A stretch of DNA of 64,000 bases from Desulfomicrobium sp. (GCA_040768745.1 JAXGMI010000001.1:192001-256000); one strand, 5' to 3'; shown: positions 19,576-33,233, counted from the stretch's first letter. The notes: generated by a model from the sequence alone, not told the origin. Numbers and translations: made by a program.

Positions 19576-22500
19576 TTGCTGGTGCACCCGCGTTCATACC
19601 TTTTCTTCGATCCCAACGATTACACACTGCTGCGCATCGTCAACGATGTCCTGTGCCGGTCTCCGCAGTCTCAGAGTATCCGCAGCCTGCTCTCTCCCTA
19701 CATGCACCCCCGCGGCATCAAGGAGATGGCCGCTACCCAGGTCCTGCGCATCGCCTATGCCATAGCCAGCCTGCTGGGCACACTGGAAGCCGGAAAGGCC
19801 CTTGACCGCCTCAGTGCCCTGCGTTCCCTCAGGGACGAAGTCCTGATTTCCGCCTCCACCTATTTCCAGAAAAACACGGCCCGGGTCCTCATCCAGATCA
19901 TGAAGGATCTTATCCGGCACAAGGATGACGAGGAGACCCAACTCCGTCTTGCCCACACCTTCCGCATGGCTTCTTCCGGACGGCCACAGACGGTCCGGGC
20001 CGAGCTGACCAAATATCACCTCCTGGAAATGCCTGAGGACTGGAACCAGCTGGCCTTTGACGACCATGTCCACGATGCCAATACCAAAGGCCGGAAATCC
20101 CCCACCCACCTGGTCATGGATGCCTGGATCAAGGGCATCCGATTCCTCACCGTGGTCTACTACAATTACGTGGAACCGGAGGTTGCGGCCGAACTTCTGG
20201 AAGCTGCCAGCATCCTGGACGTACATATCCGCATAGGCATTGAGGTTTCGTGCAGATTTCGGGGTAAGTACGTGCGCATGCTCTGGGAACCCAGAAGCTA
20301 CACGGATGGCAAATCCTTCGGCGCCTTTTTGGAGGAGCAGCCGGTCCGCGCCTTCATGAAGGAGGGCCGTCAGGTTTCCGCCTACCAGCAGAAATACGTC
20401 TTCGAAGCCTTGCAAGCCTTCAACGCCAAGCACCGCTCATCCATCAATGCAGAATTCGGGCTTGATCTGGAGGACCTGAACGAAGAGGAATTCAGTCGTT
20501 TTGTGGGCACTGGGCAACCCTCCCTGCTTCACCTGGCCAAATACATCCAAAGCTGCATGGAGCCGAAACTCCAGCGGGCCGCCCTGAACATGGCCCAGGA
20601 ATACGCTGCGGCAGACCAAAACAGGCGCAAGGAGCTGGAAACACTGGTCGAAGACCTGAACGCCATCGATTCGGAGATGCTCATTACCCGTTACCTGCAG
20701 CCATGCCGCAATCCCGAGCTGCACGACCCGAGCATCCCCCAGGACGGGCCCGAAGTGCCCCGCTCTTGCGCCTGGGACCAGGGGAGCTCCTGCCGAGACT
20801 GGCGAAATTTCACTCCGGTTCCAGTTTCACCCTCAACCTCAGCAATCTCTCCATTCCTGACACCCTGGAAATTCTGTACGACTGCCAGGGGCACATCACC
20901 AACATTGAACTCTACAACCTCAAAGACGTGTCCCGTGGCAAGTGGTCCATGCCGGCGTCTGTCCACCAAGTCTGCCCGGGAGATGCCGTCGACCTGACCA
21001 ACCCCGAGCGGACCTGCGCCCAGATTTCGGAACTGCGCAAGGCCCTGAACGAGGACAACGTCATCGCCCTCAAACGGGCCATCCGCGCCATCATCTGGTC
21101 CTTTGAGGAGGACAGGCTGGCCCTCTCCAACACCTTGGTCCAGGTTAAGACGCGTCCCGATCTGTCCCGAACTGCGGCCTTGGAGCAGGAACTGGCGGCC
21201 ATGGACGAACGCAAGACAAAGTTCCTGGACATCCTCTTCCATATCGAGACATTCCACAGGTACTACAAAAACCGGCCCCTGGGTTCCCGCATCGGCAGCG
21301 GGTCCACAGGACAATCCAGGCACCAGTACGGCATGGGCGTCATCGTGCTGGACACGCTGACCAACCGGGCCAAAAAAATCGCCCTTTCGGGCGGGAGCGG
21401 ACAGCGCAAGATTTTGCCGGTCACGGCCAAAATGACCGCCCACAGCCGCGTCCGCTGCCATGGCGCCGAGGAGGAGTCCCCCCTGTTGCGCATGGTGCGC
21501 AAGATCCCTGGACTGGAGCAGGCGGGGTGCCCTGTTCAGAGGGAATGGTTTCTCGACGGGATCGATATCCATCCACAACGTCCTGGAAATATTGTCACTT
21601 TGGGCGGAGTACAGCTTCATCATGACAACGGGTTGCGCATTACCGCTCCTCCACCCAACGCCATGTCGTCTGGCAGACCCTTGAAGTATCTGAACACCGC
21701 CCTGACCAACTGCCTCAAAATCCTGATCGGGTTCATCCCCGCCTTTCTGACTTTTGCCCTGACCAAGGACTGGTGGGTGCTGGCCTACCTGGGCGGGCCG
21801 ATCTGGTTCGCGATCACGGGCGTGCGCAACATCATCCAGGCAGTGGTTGGCGGGGGAGGGCTGAAGCGCTCTCCCCTGGTGCAATGGAATTCGCTCATCA
21901 GCTGGAGCCGTATCGCCGACTCCCTGCTCTACACTGGATTCTCCGTCCCCCTGCTGGATCTGGTGGTCAAACCGTCATTCTCGACCAGGGCCTGGGCATC
22001 ACCACCAGTACAAACCCTGTCCTTCTCTTCGCCGTCATGGCCCTGGCCAACGGCATCTATATCTCCAGCCACAACATCTATCGAGGCCTTCCGCGCCGCG
22101 CCATAGTCGGCAACTTTTTCCGGAGCATCCTTTCCATTCCCCTGGCCGTGTTCTTCAACGCCACCCTGGCCAGCGGAATGCACATGGCCATGCTTCCCGG
22201 GGTGGAGGAGACCCTGCAGAAGTGGGCGGCCATCGTGTCCAAACTGGCTTCAGACTGTGTGGCCGCAGTCATTGAAGGATTTGCGGACCGGCACAACAAC
22301 GTACGCCTTCGCCTGGCCGACTATCGTGCCAAGCTTACGGCAGTCTTCGACGTCTTTGCCCGACTGGACGTCATCTTCCCGGAAGAGGATGTGCTGGACA
22401 TGCTCCAGTCCCCTAAAACCTTCATGGAAACCATCAACTACGAAGCCCGCGACCTGGAAAAGGTCCTCATCGTCAACGCCTTGGACCTCATGTATATCTG

Positions 22501-22741
22501 GATGTACCAGCCCCGGGCGAACAAGGCCTTGTCCAGCATTGTTGAGGGCATGACCAAGGAGGAGTGGCTTATTTTTCTGCGTTCCCAGTACGTCCTCAAA
22601 CGCTACCGGGAAATCAGCCAGATGTTCGTGGACGGATTGGTGGGAAAGAATTTTTCCAAGGCCTTGGCCTTTTACCTGGATCGATCGGACGCCTATCTGC
22701 AGGATTTGGAACGGCTGGGAGCAGCGCACACATCCCGCTGA
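19576..22741 (+). CDS. large (~1055 aa) protein with diverged PHP-like domain and C-terminal membrane domain (apparent frameshifts ~20760, ~21970)
   Basis: Three overlapping ORFs join on adding one C and one A in homopolymers. FDDHVHDA and GIEVS resemble PHP motifs. Several hydrophobic helices lie in the last third. Confidence 0.7.
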
Positions 22742-22745
22742 GACC

Positions 22746-23194
22746 CTACCACTTGCGATCCAGGACCAGGTGCGACCCATAACCCAGCACTGCCGCAGCA
22801 TAGTACGGGGCCAGTGACTGCGGGGTTGCTCCGTAAAGCCAGACTGGCAGCAGAACCAGGGGCAGGGGCATGAGCAGCATGGCCCACCAGGTATGGGTCC
22901 AGCCCCGGTGGGAGCCCATGGCCGGGAACATGGCCGCAAAGCCGAGAATGGCCGCCCATTGGTAGTATCCCTGCAGGATGAAGGCAAAATCGAGGACGGC
23001 CAGGGTCAGATAGAAGATGTGCTGCCCCTGGAATCGGTGTCCACGTCGGGAAAAAGGGCGCCCAGGAGAACGAGGCTCCCCAGCACTGCCAGCTGCGGCC
23101 ATTCCGGCGCGTAGACGCCAAGCCAGAGAAGCCCCCCCAGGGCCAACCCGCCGGCCATGGACGCGCCAGCCAGATGTCCTTTGTAACCGGGCAT
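22746..23194 (-). CDS. membrane metal-dependent hydrolase (YdjM/DUF457-like; frameshift ~23030)
   Basis: MPGYKGH, GALFPDVD, HRGWTH and GYGSHLVLD. Confidence 0.85.
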
Positions 23195-23339
23195 GTTCCT
23201 CCCTCCAAGACGTTTTATGCTAGGTTTTGGGTCCTCTGCATGGACAGGGCACGGCCCGTGCGGGGCGGGCCGGGATCCACATGCCCAAGTTTCCGAGGGT
23301 GCCCGCAGGGCTCAAATCCAGCACTGCCCTTCGGAGAAC

Positions 23340-24732
23340 TCAGCGCTGGCGGCCATCCTCGGCATTGATCCCATACATTCTCAGCTTGCGGTACAGATAT
23401 GTCCTCTCCAGACCTATGGCCTCGGCCAAGCGGGCGATATTGCCGTCGTGGCGGGCCAGATTGCGTCGCAGAAAATTTTCCTCGAAATGGGCCCGGGCCA
23501 TCTTGAAGTCAGCGATCTCCTCCACGGCCACGGCTGGTCGGCTGGGAGCCCCCGCTCCGCCGCTGTAAAACTCCGGAGGCAGCATGGAGGGGGTGACTTC
23601 CTGTCCGGGGTAGAGGATGGAAAGCCGCTCCACGAAGTTCTTCAGTTCCCGGATGTTTCCGGGCCAGGAATAGCCCTTGAGCGCCTCGGCGGCCTGAGGG
23701 TCAAGCCGCACGGGCCGCATGTTCTGGCTGCGGGCCATGCGCATGGAAAAATGCTCGAACATCTCGGGCACGTCTCCGGCCCGCTCGCGCAGGGGGGACG
23801 GTCAGGGGAAACACGTTGAGCCGGTAGAACAGATCCGGCCTGAAACGCCCTTCCAGCATTTCCCGATTAAGGTCCTTGTTGGAGGCGGCGATGACGCGCA
23901 CATCCACCCGGAAGGTCTTGGACCCGCCCACACGCTCAAATTTCTGCTCCTGCAGGATGCGCAGGACCTTGGCCTGGGTCCTGAGGCTCATGTCCCCGAT
24001 CTCGTCCAGGAAAAGAGTGCTCCTGTCAGCCAGCTCGAATTTGCCTTTGCGGGTCTTGTCCGCGCCCGTAAAGGCCCCCTTCTCGTGTCCAAAGAGTTCC
24101 GACTCAATAAGCTCTTCCGGAATGGCCGCGCAGTTCACGCAGATCATGTCCCGCTGCGCCCTTCTGCTGGCCTGATGGATGCCGCGGGCCGCAAGCTCCT
24201 TCCCGGTCCCGTTTTCGCCGCTGATGAGCACCCAGGCGTCGGAAGGCCCGACCTGGGCGATGAGCTCACGCAGGCGAACGACCTGCGGAGAAGTCCCCAC
24301 AATATGCGTGTCGCTCTCGGGCTGGACCCTGGACCGCAGCTCCCTGTTCTCGCGTTTGAGCTGGGACAGTTCCAAGGCTTTTTCGGCCGTCACCAGAATG
24401 TTTTCCAGGGACAGGGGCTTCTCGATGAAGTCGAAGGCCCCGTCCTTGAGCGCCGTCACCGCCGTTTCCACGTTGCCATGCCCGGAGATCATGACCACCG
24501 GGATGTCCACGCCCTTTTCGCGCAAAGTCCGGAGCACGCTCAAACCGTCCATGCCAGGCATCCAGATGTCCAGAAAAACGAGGTCAAAATCCCCGTCCAA
24601 GGCGGCACTCAGCCCCTCTGATCCATCCCGGGCCTCGGCCACCTGACAGCCTTCGTCCTCAAAGATGCCGCGCAGGGAAAGACGGATGTCTTCCTCGTCG
24701 TCGATGACAAGAATGGACGCGTTACTCAGCAT
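23340..24732 (-). CDS. ntrX: sigma-54-dependent response regulator, NtrX-like (frameshift ~23790)
   Basis: Receiver domain, [31 protein letters not shown] and a Fis-type HTH. Confidence 0.88.
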
Positions 24733-26941
24733 GAATCAGACCTCTCTCCGCAGCCGGCAGCTCGATGACGAAGGTCGTGCCCCCGGGGAGTGGGGTTTGA
24801 CCCGGACATGCCCGTGGTGATCCGTTACCACGGATTTGACAATGGTCAGCCCCAGCCCTGTGCCCCCGCGCTTGGTGGAATAATAGGGTTCAAACATTCG
24901 GGCCTGCTCTTCGGGCTTGATGCCCGGACCATTGTCGCTGATCTCGATATAAATCCGACCCTTGCGCTTGCGGGCATAGAGCACCGTGTCCACCCTCGCC
25001 TCCTCCTGCCCGGCCAGCACTTCGGCTGCGTTGAGCAGTATGTTATAGAAAACCCGCTTCATGGCCTCACGATCAAGCATGATCGGCGGTACCGGTTCGG
25101 TGCGCACGGTCCAGCGAATGGAGGTGTGGGTTTCGGAAAAAACGGCAATGGCCTCCGCAGCAGCGGCTCGACAGGCTGCGGCGTGAGGATGACCTCGGGC
25201 AGTTTGGCGAAGGCCGAAAATTCCTGGACCATGGCTTGCAGATGCTCGACCTGTTTGACGATAAGCCCCGTGCACTGGCTGAAAATGGGGTCCTGCAGGG
25301 TTGTGCCGAACTTTCGCTCCAGGCGTTCGGCTGAAAGCTTGATGGGCGTGAGGGGGTTCTTGATCTCATGGGCGATGCGCCGGGCCACTTCCTTCCATGC
25401 ATCCAGGCGTTGCATCTTTTCAAGTTCCGTGATGTTTTCGAATACAGCGACAATACCGCTTTCGCTCCCCTCGGTATCCATCAGCGCGACGACATTGACC
25501 AGGAGCTTGACGGTCTCCCCGTTCACCTGCAGTTCCAGCCGTCGCTGCCACTGGGATCCTGGACTTCCTTGCAGCAGAGTACGCACGTCCTCGACCAGCC
25601 CTCGGTGATCCGGACCCAGGAGATCCAGGGCGGAACGGCCGATCAGGGCCCCGGATTCGACCCCGAGAATACCCTCCGCGGCCCGGTTCATGGTCGTGAT
25701 CAGCCCGGCCCGGTCCAGGGAGACAACCCCGGCGGTGATATTTTCCAGAATGGCCTGCACATAGTGATTTTTGGCAATAATGGCCTGATACTGCTCCTCC
25801 ATCTGCCGGTTGGCCAGGGTCAGCCTGCTGCGGCTTTCCTCCAGGTCCTCGGCCATGCTGTTGAAGGACTGGACCAGAAGCCCCAGTTCATCCTTGGATT
25901 CATCCATGAGCCGCACTGAGAGATCGCCCTTGGCTATGCGCTGAGTCCCGGCAGCCAGGGCCTGCACCGGCTCGCTGATCTCCTTGGCCAGCCGGAACCC
26001 GATCCAGGTGGCCCCGAGAAAGATGACCATGGTCATGAGTCCCAGGACCATGTACAAGGTCATCTTCAGGGGATACTTGAGGGTTCGCAGCTGCTTGTAC
26101 TCGCCAACGCCCTGGGCGATCTGTTCCAGCCGGTCAAGAAAACCTGGCCCTACCTCCGAGCCGAGAACCAGAAAGGCGGTTCCCTCCCTGTCCACTGGCA
26201 TCACCCCGACAACCAGATCCGAAGGCTGGTGCGGCCACAGAGTGGCCCAGTACTTGGGGGATCTGACCAGTTCTGCCCAGGGCACCTTGTCCCTGATCTG
26301 TGGCCAGACCTCCATCCAGGGAGGTTCGGCCCGCCAGTTCCGCTCCTGCAGGAGGCGGTGACCAGTCCGGTCAGGGACAGCCCGTATTCCTTCCCTTTGG
26401 CCGCAAAGACATCGTCCACCCCCTTGCCGGCCCATCCCAGGCGAAGATCCCGCACCTGATTCAAAACACCCCTGGCTTTCCGCTCAAGAGTGGATTCCGC
26501 CGAGGCGTAGAAGTCCTGCCCCACGGTAAGGGCCTGATTCATGGTCGTTTCAATCTGGGACTGGAACCAGTAATCCACAGAGGTCTGCACCAGCCACAGG
26601 GAAAGGACGAACATGATCAGGGTGGGCACCAGGGACAAGGTCGTGAAAACGAGCACCAGACGGGCCCGCAGGCCAGATCCAAGGACCCGTCTGCGCCGGT
26701 CCAGCAACAGTTTGACCAGATTGCGCAGGACCAGGAACAGAACCAGGATGAGCAGGATCAGATTGACGTTGAAAAGGGCAAAGAACAGATACGAGTTGAG
26801 CCCAAGGAGGCGCAGTTCGATCCAGGTCAGGATGATGATGAGTCCGATACCGACCAGGGCCAGCAGAATTTCCCTCCGGCGCTTTCTGCGTTCCAGGATA
26901 GTGCGCTGCTGAGCAGGGATGAAGCGGGAGGAGTTATCCAT
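24722..26941 (-). CDS. ntrY: HAMP-PAS sensor histidine kinase, NtrY-like (frameshifts ~26350, ~25160, ~24785)
   Basis: TM segments, [26 protein letters not shown] and GTGLGL. The corrected tail [11 protein letters not shown] ends at 24722. Confidence 0.85.
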
Positions 26942-26961
26942 TGGACCAAGCCTGGCTGGGA

Positions 26962-27561
26962 TCAAAAGTCAAAATTCAGCTCATAGGCGACTTCCGGGAC
27001 AAAATCCCAGCTGACAAAAAACAGGGGTTTTCTGATCCACTGTGAAATGTTGGTCCGGGTTATCTTGAACGACAAAACGACCTTGTAGGCGCGATTGCGT
27101 TGGATCTGCTCCCAGCTTCCCATGGGCAGAGACAAATGGGACCAGAATTGGTTCAGGTCTTTGCGCAGGGTGGAGAAATCGACGGTATGTGATCCACGGT
27201 GATCTTGCAAAAGGCATTCCCGTGCAATGGGCTTCCCCGTCATGAGGCAGACGTAGGACGCCTCGGACAGGAATTCATCCCAGAATCCGGCCCGCCGGTG
27301 ATAGAGCTTTCCGGTGCAGCGCACCTCGTAATCTCCGCCGTCCTGGAGAATTTCAAGAAGGGGCGCTTCGTCATGAACAACAATGCTGAATCCCACTGAA
27401 ACTGCGCCCTTGGAGTTGTCCACGCCCAGGTCCGTCACAGCGATGGGTTCTGCGTGAGCTGAATACGCCAAGAGAATACAAAACAGAATAAATGAAAATG
27501 AAACGAATAATATTCGATAAAATCGTAAAAAAACGACATTAACAGAGAAAAAACGTGGCAT
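26962..27561 (-). CDS. DUF4390-like exported protein
   Basis: Signal or TM start, W-rich tail 'KPLFFVSWDF', and the usual position upstream of ntrY. Start uncertain. Confidence 0.6.
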   Translation of the reverse strand: MPRFFSVNVVFLRFYRILFVSFSFILFCILLAYSAHAEPIAVTDLGVDNSKGAVSVGFSIVVHDEAPLLEILQDGGDYEVRCTGKLYHRRAGFWDEFLSEASYVCLMTGKPIARECLLQDHRGSHTVDFSTLRKDLNQFWSHLSLPMGSWEQIQRNRAYKVVLSFKITRTNISQWIRKPLFFVSWDFVPEVAYELNFDF

Positions 27562-27719
27562 CAGTGTAATTCTTCTTGATTTTCAACTTCAGGCAGGTAT
27601 GCAGATAGCGGAACCCTCGAAAAGAGAGTCCGGTCCAGCCGGTATCCCCCTTGTGCCCTTGCGCGGTGATAGTCCAAGGGTATGGTATTTGACAACCACA
27701 GACATGCGGAAAGCCGATC

Positions 27720-29790
27720 ATGAAGCTCAACGAACACAACAGCAAACAGGTTTTTCGGGATGCGGGACTGCCCGTTCCCCAAGGCATTCTCGTCAGACCT
27801 GGCCAGGAACCTGTGGCCGATTTTCCCCTGCCCTGGATGCTGAAGGCGCAAGTGTTGGCAGGGGGACGCGGCAAGGCCGGAGGGATACTCATGGCAAAGA
27901 CTGCGGACCAGGCTCGGATCGGCCTGCAAAGTCTTTTCGACCTTTCCATCAAGGGTGAGGCTGTCCGTCTGGTGCGCATCGAGCCCAACATCGCCGTCAC
28001 CCGGGAAATGTATCTTTCCGTCAGCCTGCATCGCCAGCACAGATGCCTGTGTGTCACCGCCGGCCGGAGGGGCGGCGTGGACATTGAATCCTGTCCGCCC
28101 GACTCCTTGCTGATTGAGCAGGTCCTGCCCGACACGGACCTGCAGCCTTTTCAGATCAGAAACCTTTTCTTTCATCTGCAGTTGCCCTGGAATCTGATGA
28201 AGCCCTTCGCGACCATGCTTGATCGCCTTTTCACCTGCTGCCTCAGGCATCGGCTCCTTCTGGCCGAGATCAATCCCCTGGTCGTGCTGGAAGGTGGGCA
28301 GCTCATGGCCCTGGATGGCAAGGTTGAAATCGACGACCACTGGATGAGCATGCACCCTGAATTGGAACGCTTCCTGGAACCCGCTCACCTCAGCGCAGAG
28401 GAGATCAGGACCCGGGACGCAGGTCTGAGCTACCACAGCCTGGATGGATTCGTCGGACTCATGGTCAACGGGGCGGGATTGGCCATGGCCAGCATGGATA
28501 TCCTGAGTGCCAGCGGCCTGGCCGCGGCCAATTTCCTTGATCTGGGGGTGGGGCCGATGAAAATGCCATGCGCACGGCTCTGGACATCCTTTTTGACGAT
28601 CCGCGCGTGAGCATGCTGTTCGTCAACATCTTTGGCGGGATCCTCTCCTGCCACACGGTGGCCGAGTCCATGCTCAAGGCCCTGGACGCCCGGCCTCCCC
28701 GCAAACCCATCGTGGTCCGGTCGCGGGCAACAGTGCCCACCAGGGTCTGGGACTGCTTCGCCAAGCGGGTCTGCCCGGACTGCACCTCTGCCCGGATCTG
28801 GCCTCGGCCACGAAAGCCCTCCACTCCCTCAAAGCAGGGCAGATGGCTGGGATGGCTAAGACAATGGAGCCTGTTCCTCCCAGCCGCAGGTTTCATCACC
28901 CAAACCCCCGCAGGACCGACACCCCATTTCCTCTGCCCGATGACTGCCGCATCCTGGTCCAGGGACTGACCGGCAAACAGGGACAGCTGCACTGCCGGCT
29001 CATGCAGGAATATGGGTCCCGCGTCGTGGCCGGCGTGACGCCCGGCAAAGGGGGTGCCGAAGTTCTCGGCCTGCCAGTCTTCGACACCGTGCGGGAGGCA
29101 AGTTCGTCCATGCCCATCGACGCCTCCATCATCTTTGTCCCCGCAGCCCAGTCCCCGGACGCTGTCCTGGAGGCAGCGGCGGCGGGCATCGGCTGGGTCG
29201 TCTGCATCACCGATGGCATCCCCCAGCTCGACATGCTCCGAACCCTGCTGCGCCTGCAAGACAGCCCTACCCGGGTCATCGGGCCCAACTGCCCCGGACT
29301 CATCGTGCCCGGCAAAACCAAGATCGGCATCATGCCCGGCTCCATCTTCACCCCCGGACCGGTGGCGGTCTTTTCCCGCAGCGGAACCCTGACCTACGAA
29401 TGCGTGGACCGCCTGACCCGGGCCGGCATCGGTCAGTCCGTGTGCGTGGGTATTGGCGGGGATCCTTTTGTCGGAACCTCGTTCACGGACCTGTGCAGAC
29501 TGATCCGGCACGATCCCAGCACCAAGGCCGTGGTCATCCTGGGAGAAATCGGGGGACAGGCCGAGGAAGACCTGGGAGAGTACATGGTCAGGACCGGATT
29601 CGAACTGCCTGTCTTCGGATTCATTGCCGGTCGCACCGCGCCTCCGGGCAAACGGCTCGGACATGCTGGGGCGATCCTTGCAAAAGGGGAAGGCGGAATC
29701 GAGGCCAAATTGAAGGCCATGGCTGACGCAGGCTTCCAGCTCCTGGACAACCTGGATCAGGTCGCGGAAGCAGTGGCAAGGGTATTGTAG
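27720..29790 (+). CDS. sucCD: succinyl-CoA ligase-family beta-alpha fusion (~690 aa; frameshifts ~28546, ~28720)
   Basis: KAQVLAGGRGKAGG, EINPL, NGAGLAM and NIFGGI (beta) run without a stop into QGLTG, GPNCPG and GHAGA (alpha). Confidence 0.8.
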
Positions 29791-29867
29791 CGAACAGGGA
29801 ATCCTGACGACTGGACTTCCCTTTGTCATCCGGATGGGAGGGTGGTTACGGACCCTCTGCAGCAGGC

Positions 29868-31575
29868 TCATGCATGCAGGGTGGTGAATTCGAAACGGAG
29901 CACGTCCACCAGTCCCTTGTCCGTAAGCCGCAGCTTGGGAATGACCGGCAAGGGAAAGAAACGAAAGCTGCATGAAGGGATTGATGTCGCCGGGACAACC
30001 CAGACTGCGCGCCGCCTCATTCAGGCGGTCCAGACCCGCAGCCACTGTCTCGGGATCCTCAGGACTCATCAGTCCGGCCAGAGGTAGTGGCAGGAGTTCC
30101 AGCACAGCACCATTCCGCACGCACACAAAACCTCCGCCGCATTGGGCGAGGCTCTGGACGGCGAAGAGCATGTCCGCATCCGAGACGCCAGCCACAATCA
30201 GGTTGTGCGAGTCATGGGCCACGGTGCTGGCCAGGGCCCCTGACCGCAATCCCAGGCCCCGCACCAGGCCCAGGCCGATGTTCCCGCTGGCGTGATGACG
30301 CTCAAACACGGCCAGCTTTGCCACATCGGCCTCTGGCATGGCCTGGATCAGGCCACTGACTTTCCTGGGTTCAATCAGATCCACTTCCGTCACGATCTGG
30401 CCGGGCACTGTGCGGATAACCTTGACCCTCCCGCTCGTTGGGGCAGGCATATCCAGACACGTGCCCTTCATTCCGGCCAGGTGCACGGACGTGGTCACTG
30501 CCTGGGCGGTGAGCCCGGCGGTCCATACCGTCGAACGCACAGGCTGGCCGGCCAGGAAAACCTCGTCAATGGCAAAGTGCTCAATGCTGTCCAGGAGCAG
30601 AAAATCCGCACGGTATCCCGGGGCCACGGCCCCTCGTCCGCGCAGGCCGAAGTAACGGGCGGTGTTGATGGACGCCATCTGGATGGCCCGCACCGGGGGC
30701 TGCCCCCTGGAGATGGCCAACCGGATTGTGTGGTCCAAATGCCCCTCGCGCACAAGATCATCGCAATGGCGGTCATCCGTGACCAGGGAACAGTTCTGGC
30801 TGTTGAACTCGGTGATCAGGGGCATGAGGCTGGCCAGATTCTTCTCTGAACTGCCTTCCCTGATCATGATGTGCATGCCCTTGCGCAGCTTTTCCCGCGC
30901 CTCCTCCACGTCGCAGGCCTCGTGGTCGCTGCCCGGTCCGGCCAGGATGTAGGCATTGAGATCGAACCCCGAAAGACCCGGGGCATGGCCATCCATGGGC
31001 CGCCCGGCCGCCGAGGCGATCTTGGAGAGGACGGCCGGATCCTGAAAGAGCACCCCGGGGTAATTCATCATTTCCGCCAGCCCCAGCATGCGCCCCGGAT
31101 GCCTGGCCAGCATGACCCGGATGTCTTCCGCGGAGATGGAGGCTCCGGCCGTTTCCAGGTGCGTGGCCGGCACGCAGGATGGCATCATGCAGTAGATCTC
31201 CAAAGGCAGGTCCCGGGTTACATCCAACAGCCATTCAATGCCGGGCAAGCCAAGCACATTGGCCAATTCGTGGGGATCGCAGACCACCACGGCCGTACCG
31301 TGGGACGCCGCCAATCGGGCAAAGCGGACCGGATCGAGCAGGGTGGACTCGATATGGATGTGCCCCTCGACGAGACCGGGACAGACAAACCGCCCCTGGG
31401 CTTCAACAACCGCCCGCGCCGTGTATTCCCCGAAACCGACGACCATCCCGTCGGTGACCCCGATGCTTGCGGCGTGGACCTCTCCGGAAAGAACATTGAT
31501 CAGGCGACAATCCCGGACAAGTAGATCCACCGGTACGAGTCCTCTGGCGGCTTGCAGCAGGTGATTCATGGGCAT
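29868..31575 (-). CDS. ade: adenine deaminase (one extra base ~29953)
   Basis: HIHIES, DPHE, EMMNYPG, DGHAP and STVAHDSHN. The corrected tail LPVIPKLRLTDKGLVDV ends at 29868. Confidence 0.92.
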
Positions 31576-31605
31576 GGCTTCACCTCGGATACGGTTGGAT
31601 GCGAT

Positions 31606-32477
31606 TCAGGGGCGGGTTTTCCAGCGCCGGTGCATCCAGAACCACTGCTCCGGATACCGCTGAACCATGGATTCGACTGCCTGGGTATAAAAACGGCAAA
31701 TCCTTCTGATCCGTTCCCCCTGTCCCCGGAAAGGCTGCGGGTGTCCAGGGGAGGGAGGGTCACCATGCGGAAACGGCCGTGGGGCAGCCGGAGCAGGAAA
31801 ACCGGCCAGACTTCCGCCTTGGCCCGCAGGGCTAGGATGGCCGGCCCCTTATTCACGGCTGCGATCTTGCCCAAAAAGGGAGGAACTCCGCCTCGGCCCT
31901 GTTGCAGTTGTGATCCACCAGAAAGGCACCTGCTCCACCGGCCCGCAGATGGTTGAGGGTCTGCGTAGCCGCGTCCCGATGGGGCAGGATGCGGATCCTG
32001 GGCTGGGAACGCATGTGCACGATCAGTTCTCCCAGCTCCTTGTCCTTGGGCAGACGGACCACCACCTGACAGTTGGACTTGGAGGAAAAGCCTCCAATCA
32101 TGCCCACCAGAAGTTCCCAACTGCCCAGATGCGCCGTCGTGGCCACCACGGGCCGGGATGTCCGTGACATGCGGGCAAAGAGGTCGGGGTTTTCGAATTC
32201 CGTTGACGCCTGCAGAAAACGCGGTCCCACCTGGCGGGTATGAAAAATTTCCAGGAACGCATCGGCGGTATTGGTGAAGCTGTCCCGCGCCAGCCGCCGA
32301 GCCTCGCCCAAGGGCAGACCCAGGGCGTTCCTGCACGCAGGCTATGGTTTCCCGCCGCCTCCTGGGCAGGGCAACCCACAACAGACGGCCCAGGCCGGCG
32401 CCGAGGGCATGGAGCTGAGCCAGACTGAGTCGCGTGCCAAGCGGCAGCAGGGCATTGTAGAAAAGATCGCGCATCAC
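31606..32477 (-). CDS. lpxL: lipid A lauroyl acyltransferase family protein (several frameshifts)
   Basis: AHLGSWE, FLVDH and PEQWFWMHRRWKTRP* spread across frames. Confidence 0.82.
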
Positions 32478-33111
32478 ATCCTCCCCAGGCTGTCCATGAC
32501 CTGCTCTACATGCAGGCAGAGCCGGTCCAGCTCACCCGGATCGTCTCCGGACAGGGAGAGATGCATGGGGGTGCCGTATATGATGGTGCAGGTGGAAAAT
32601 GGCCAGGGCAGCTGGAATTTGTCCCAGGCCCGATGGAAGATCTTGGCCCTCCCCATGACGGCCCGCACCGGAACAATGGGAGACCCGGCGTGGGAAGCCA
32701 GAAAAATGGCGCCGGGCTTGACCTTGTGACGCGGACCGCGCGGGCCGTCCACAGTGAAGATGATTCCCACCCCTTTTCATCCATGACCCGTTTGGCAGCC
32801 ACAAGGGCCCGCATCCCGCCTCGGGAACTGGACCCTCGTACCGTCAGGAAACCAAAACGGCGGAGCACCTCGGCCAGCAATTCCCCGTCCCGACTCTGGC
32901 TGACCACGCAGGCCATGGATTCCCCCTCGTGGAAGGGAATGAGCGGAAAGATCTCGTCATGCCAGAGGATGACCACTGGGCGCTGGGCTCGCAAGCCCGG
33001 ATCCATGAAGACGTCGACATTGACCCGCCGCACACGCAGGGTCAGATGCCACAAGCGCACGGCCCAGGCCAAAACCGAGCCAAGCAATTTGGGTGAAACG
33101 GATAGGCGCAC
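32474..33111 (-). CDS. DUF374 / lysophospholipid acyltransferase family protein (frameshift ~32768)
   Basis: LWH, SQSRDGE, RGSSSRGG, DGPRGP and WDKFQLPWPF. Confidence 0.85.
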
Positions 33112-33233
33112 TCCCCCTCCTCGGGTTGGGGCAACGTATTTACTCTGTCAATCTTGAATGCGTAACTTTATAGATTTAAACTATTTGACCGGTGCATGGG
33201 AACGCGTACAGCAGAAAAAAAGGAGTTCGAACC

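Noticed and set aside
28465..31575. 1036-aa adenine deaminase 'fusion' in the ORF track
   Set aside because: An extra base near 29953 causes run-on antisense to sucCD. The normal C-terminus ends at 29868.
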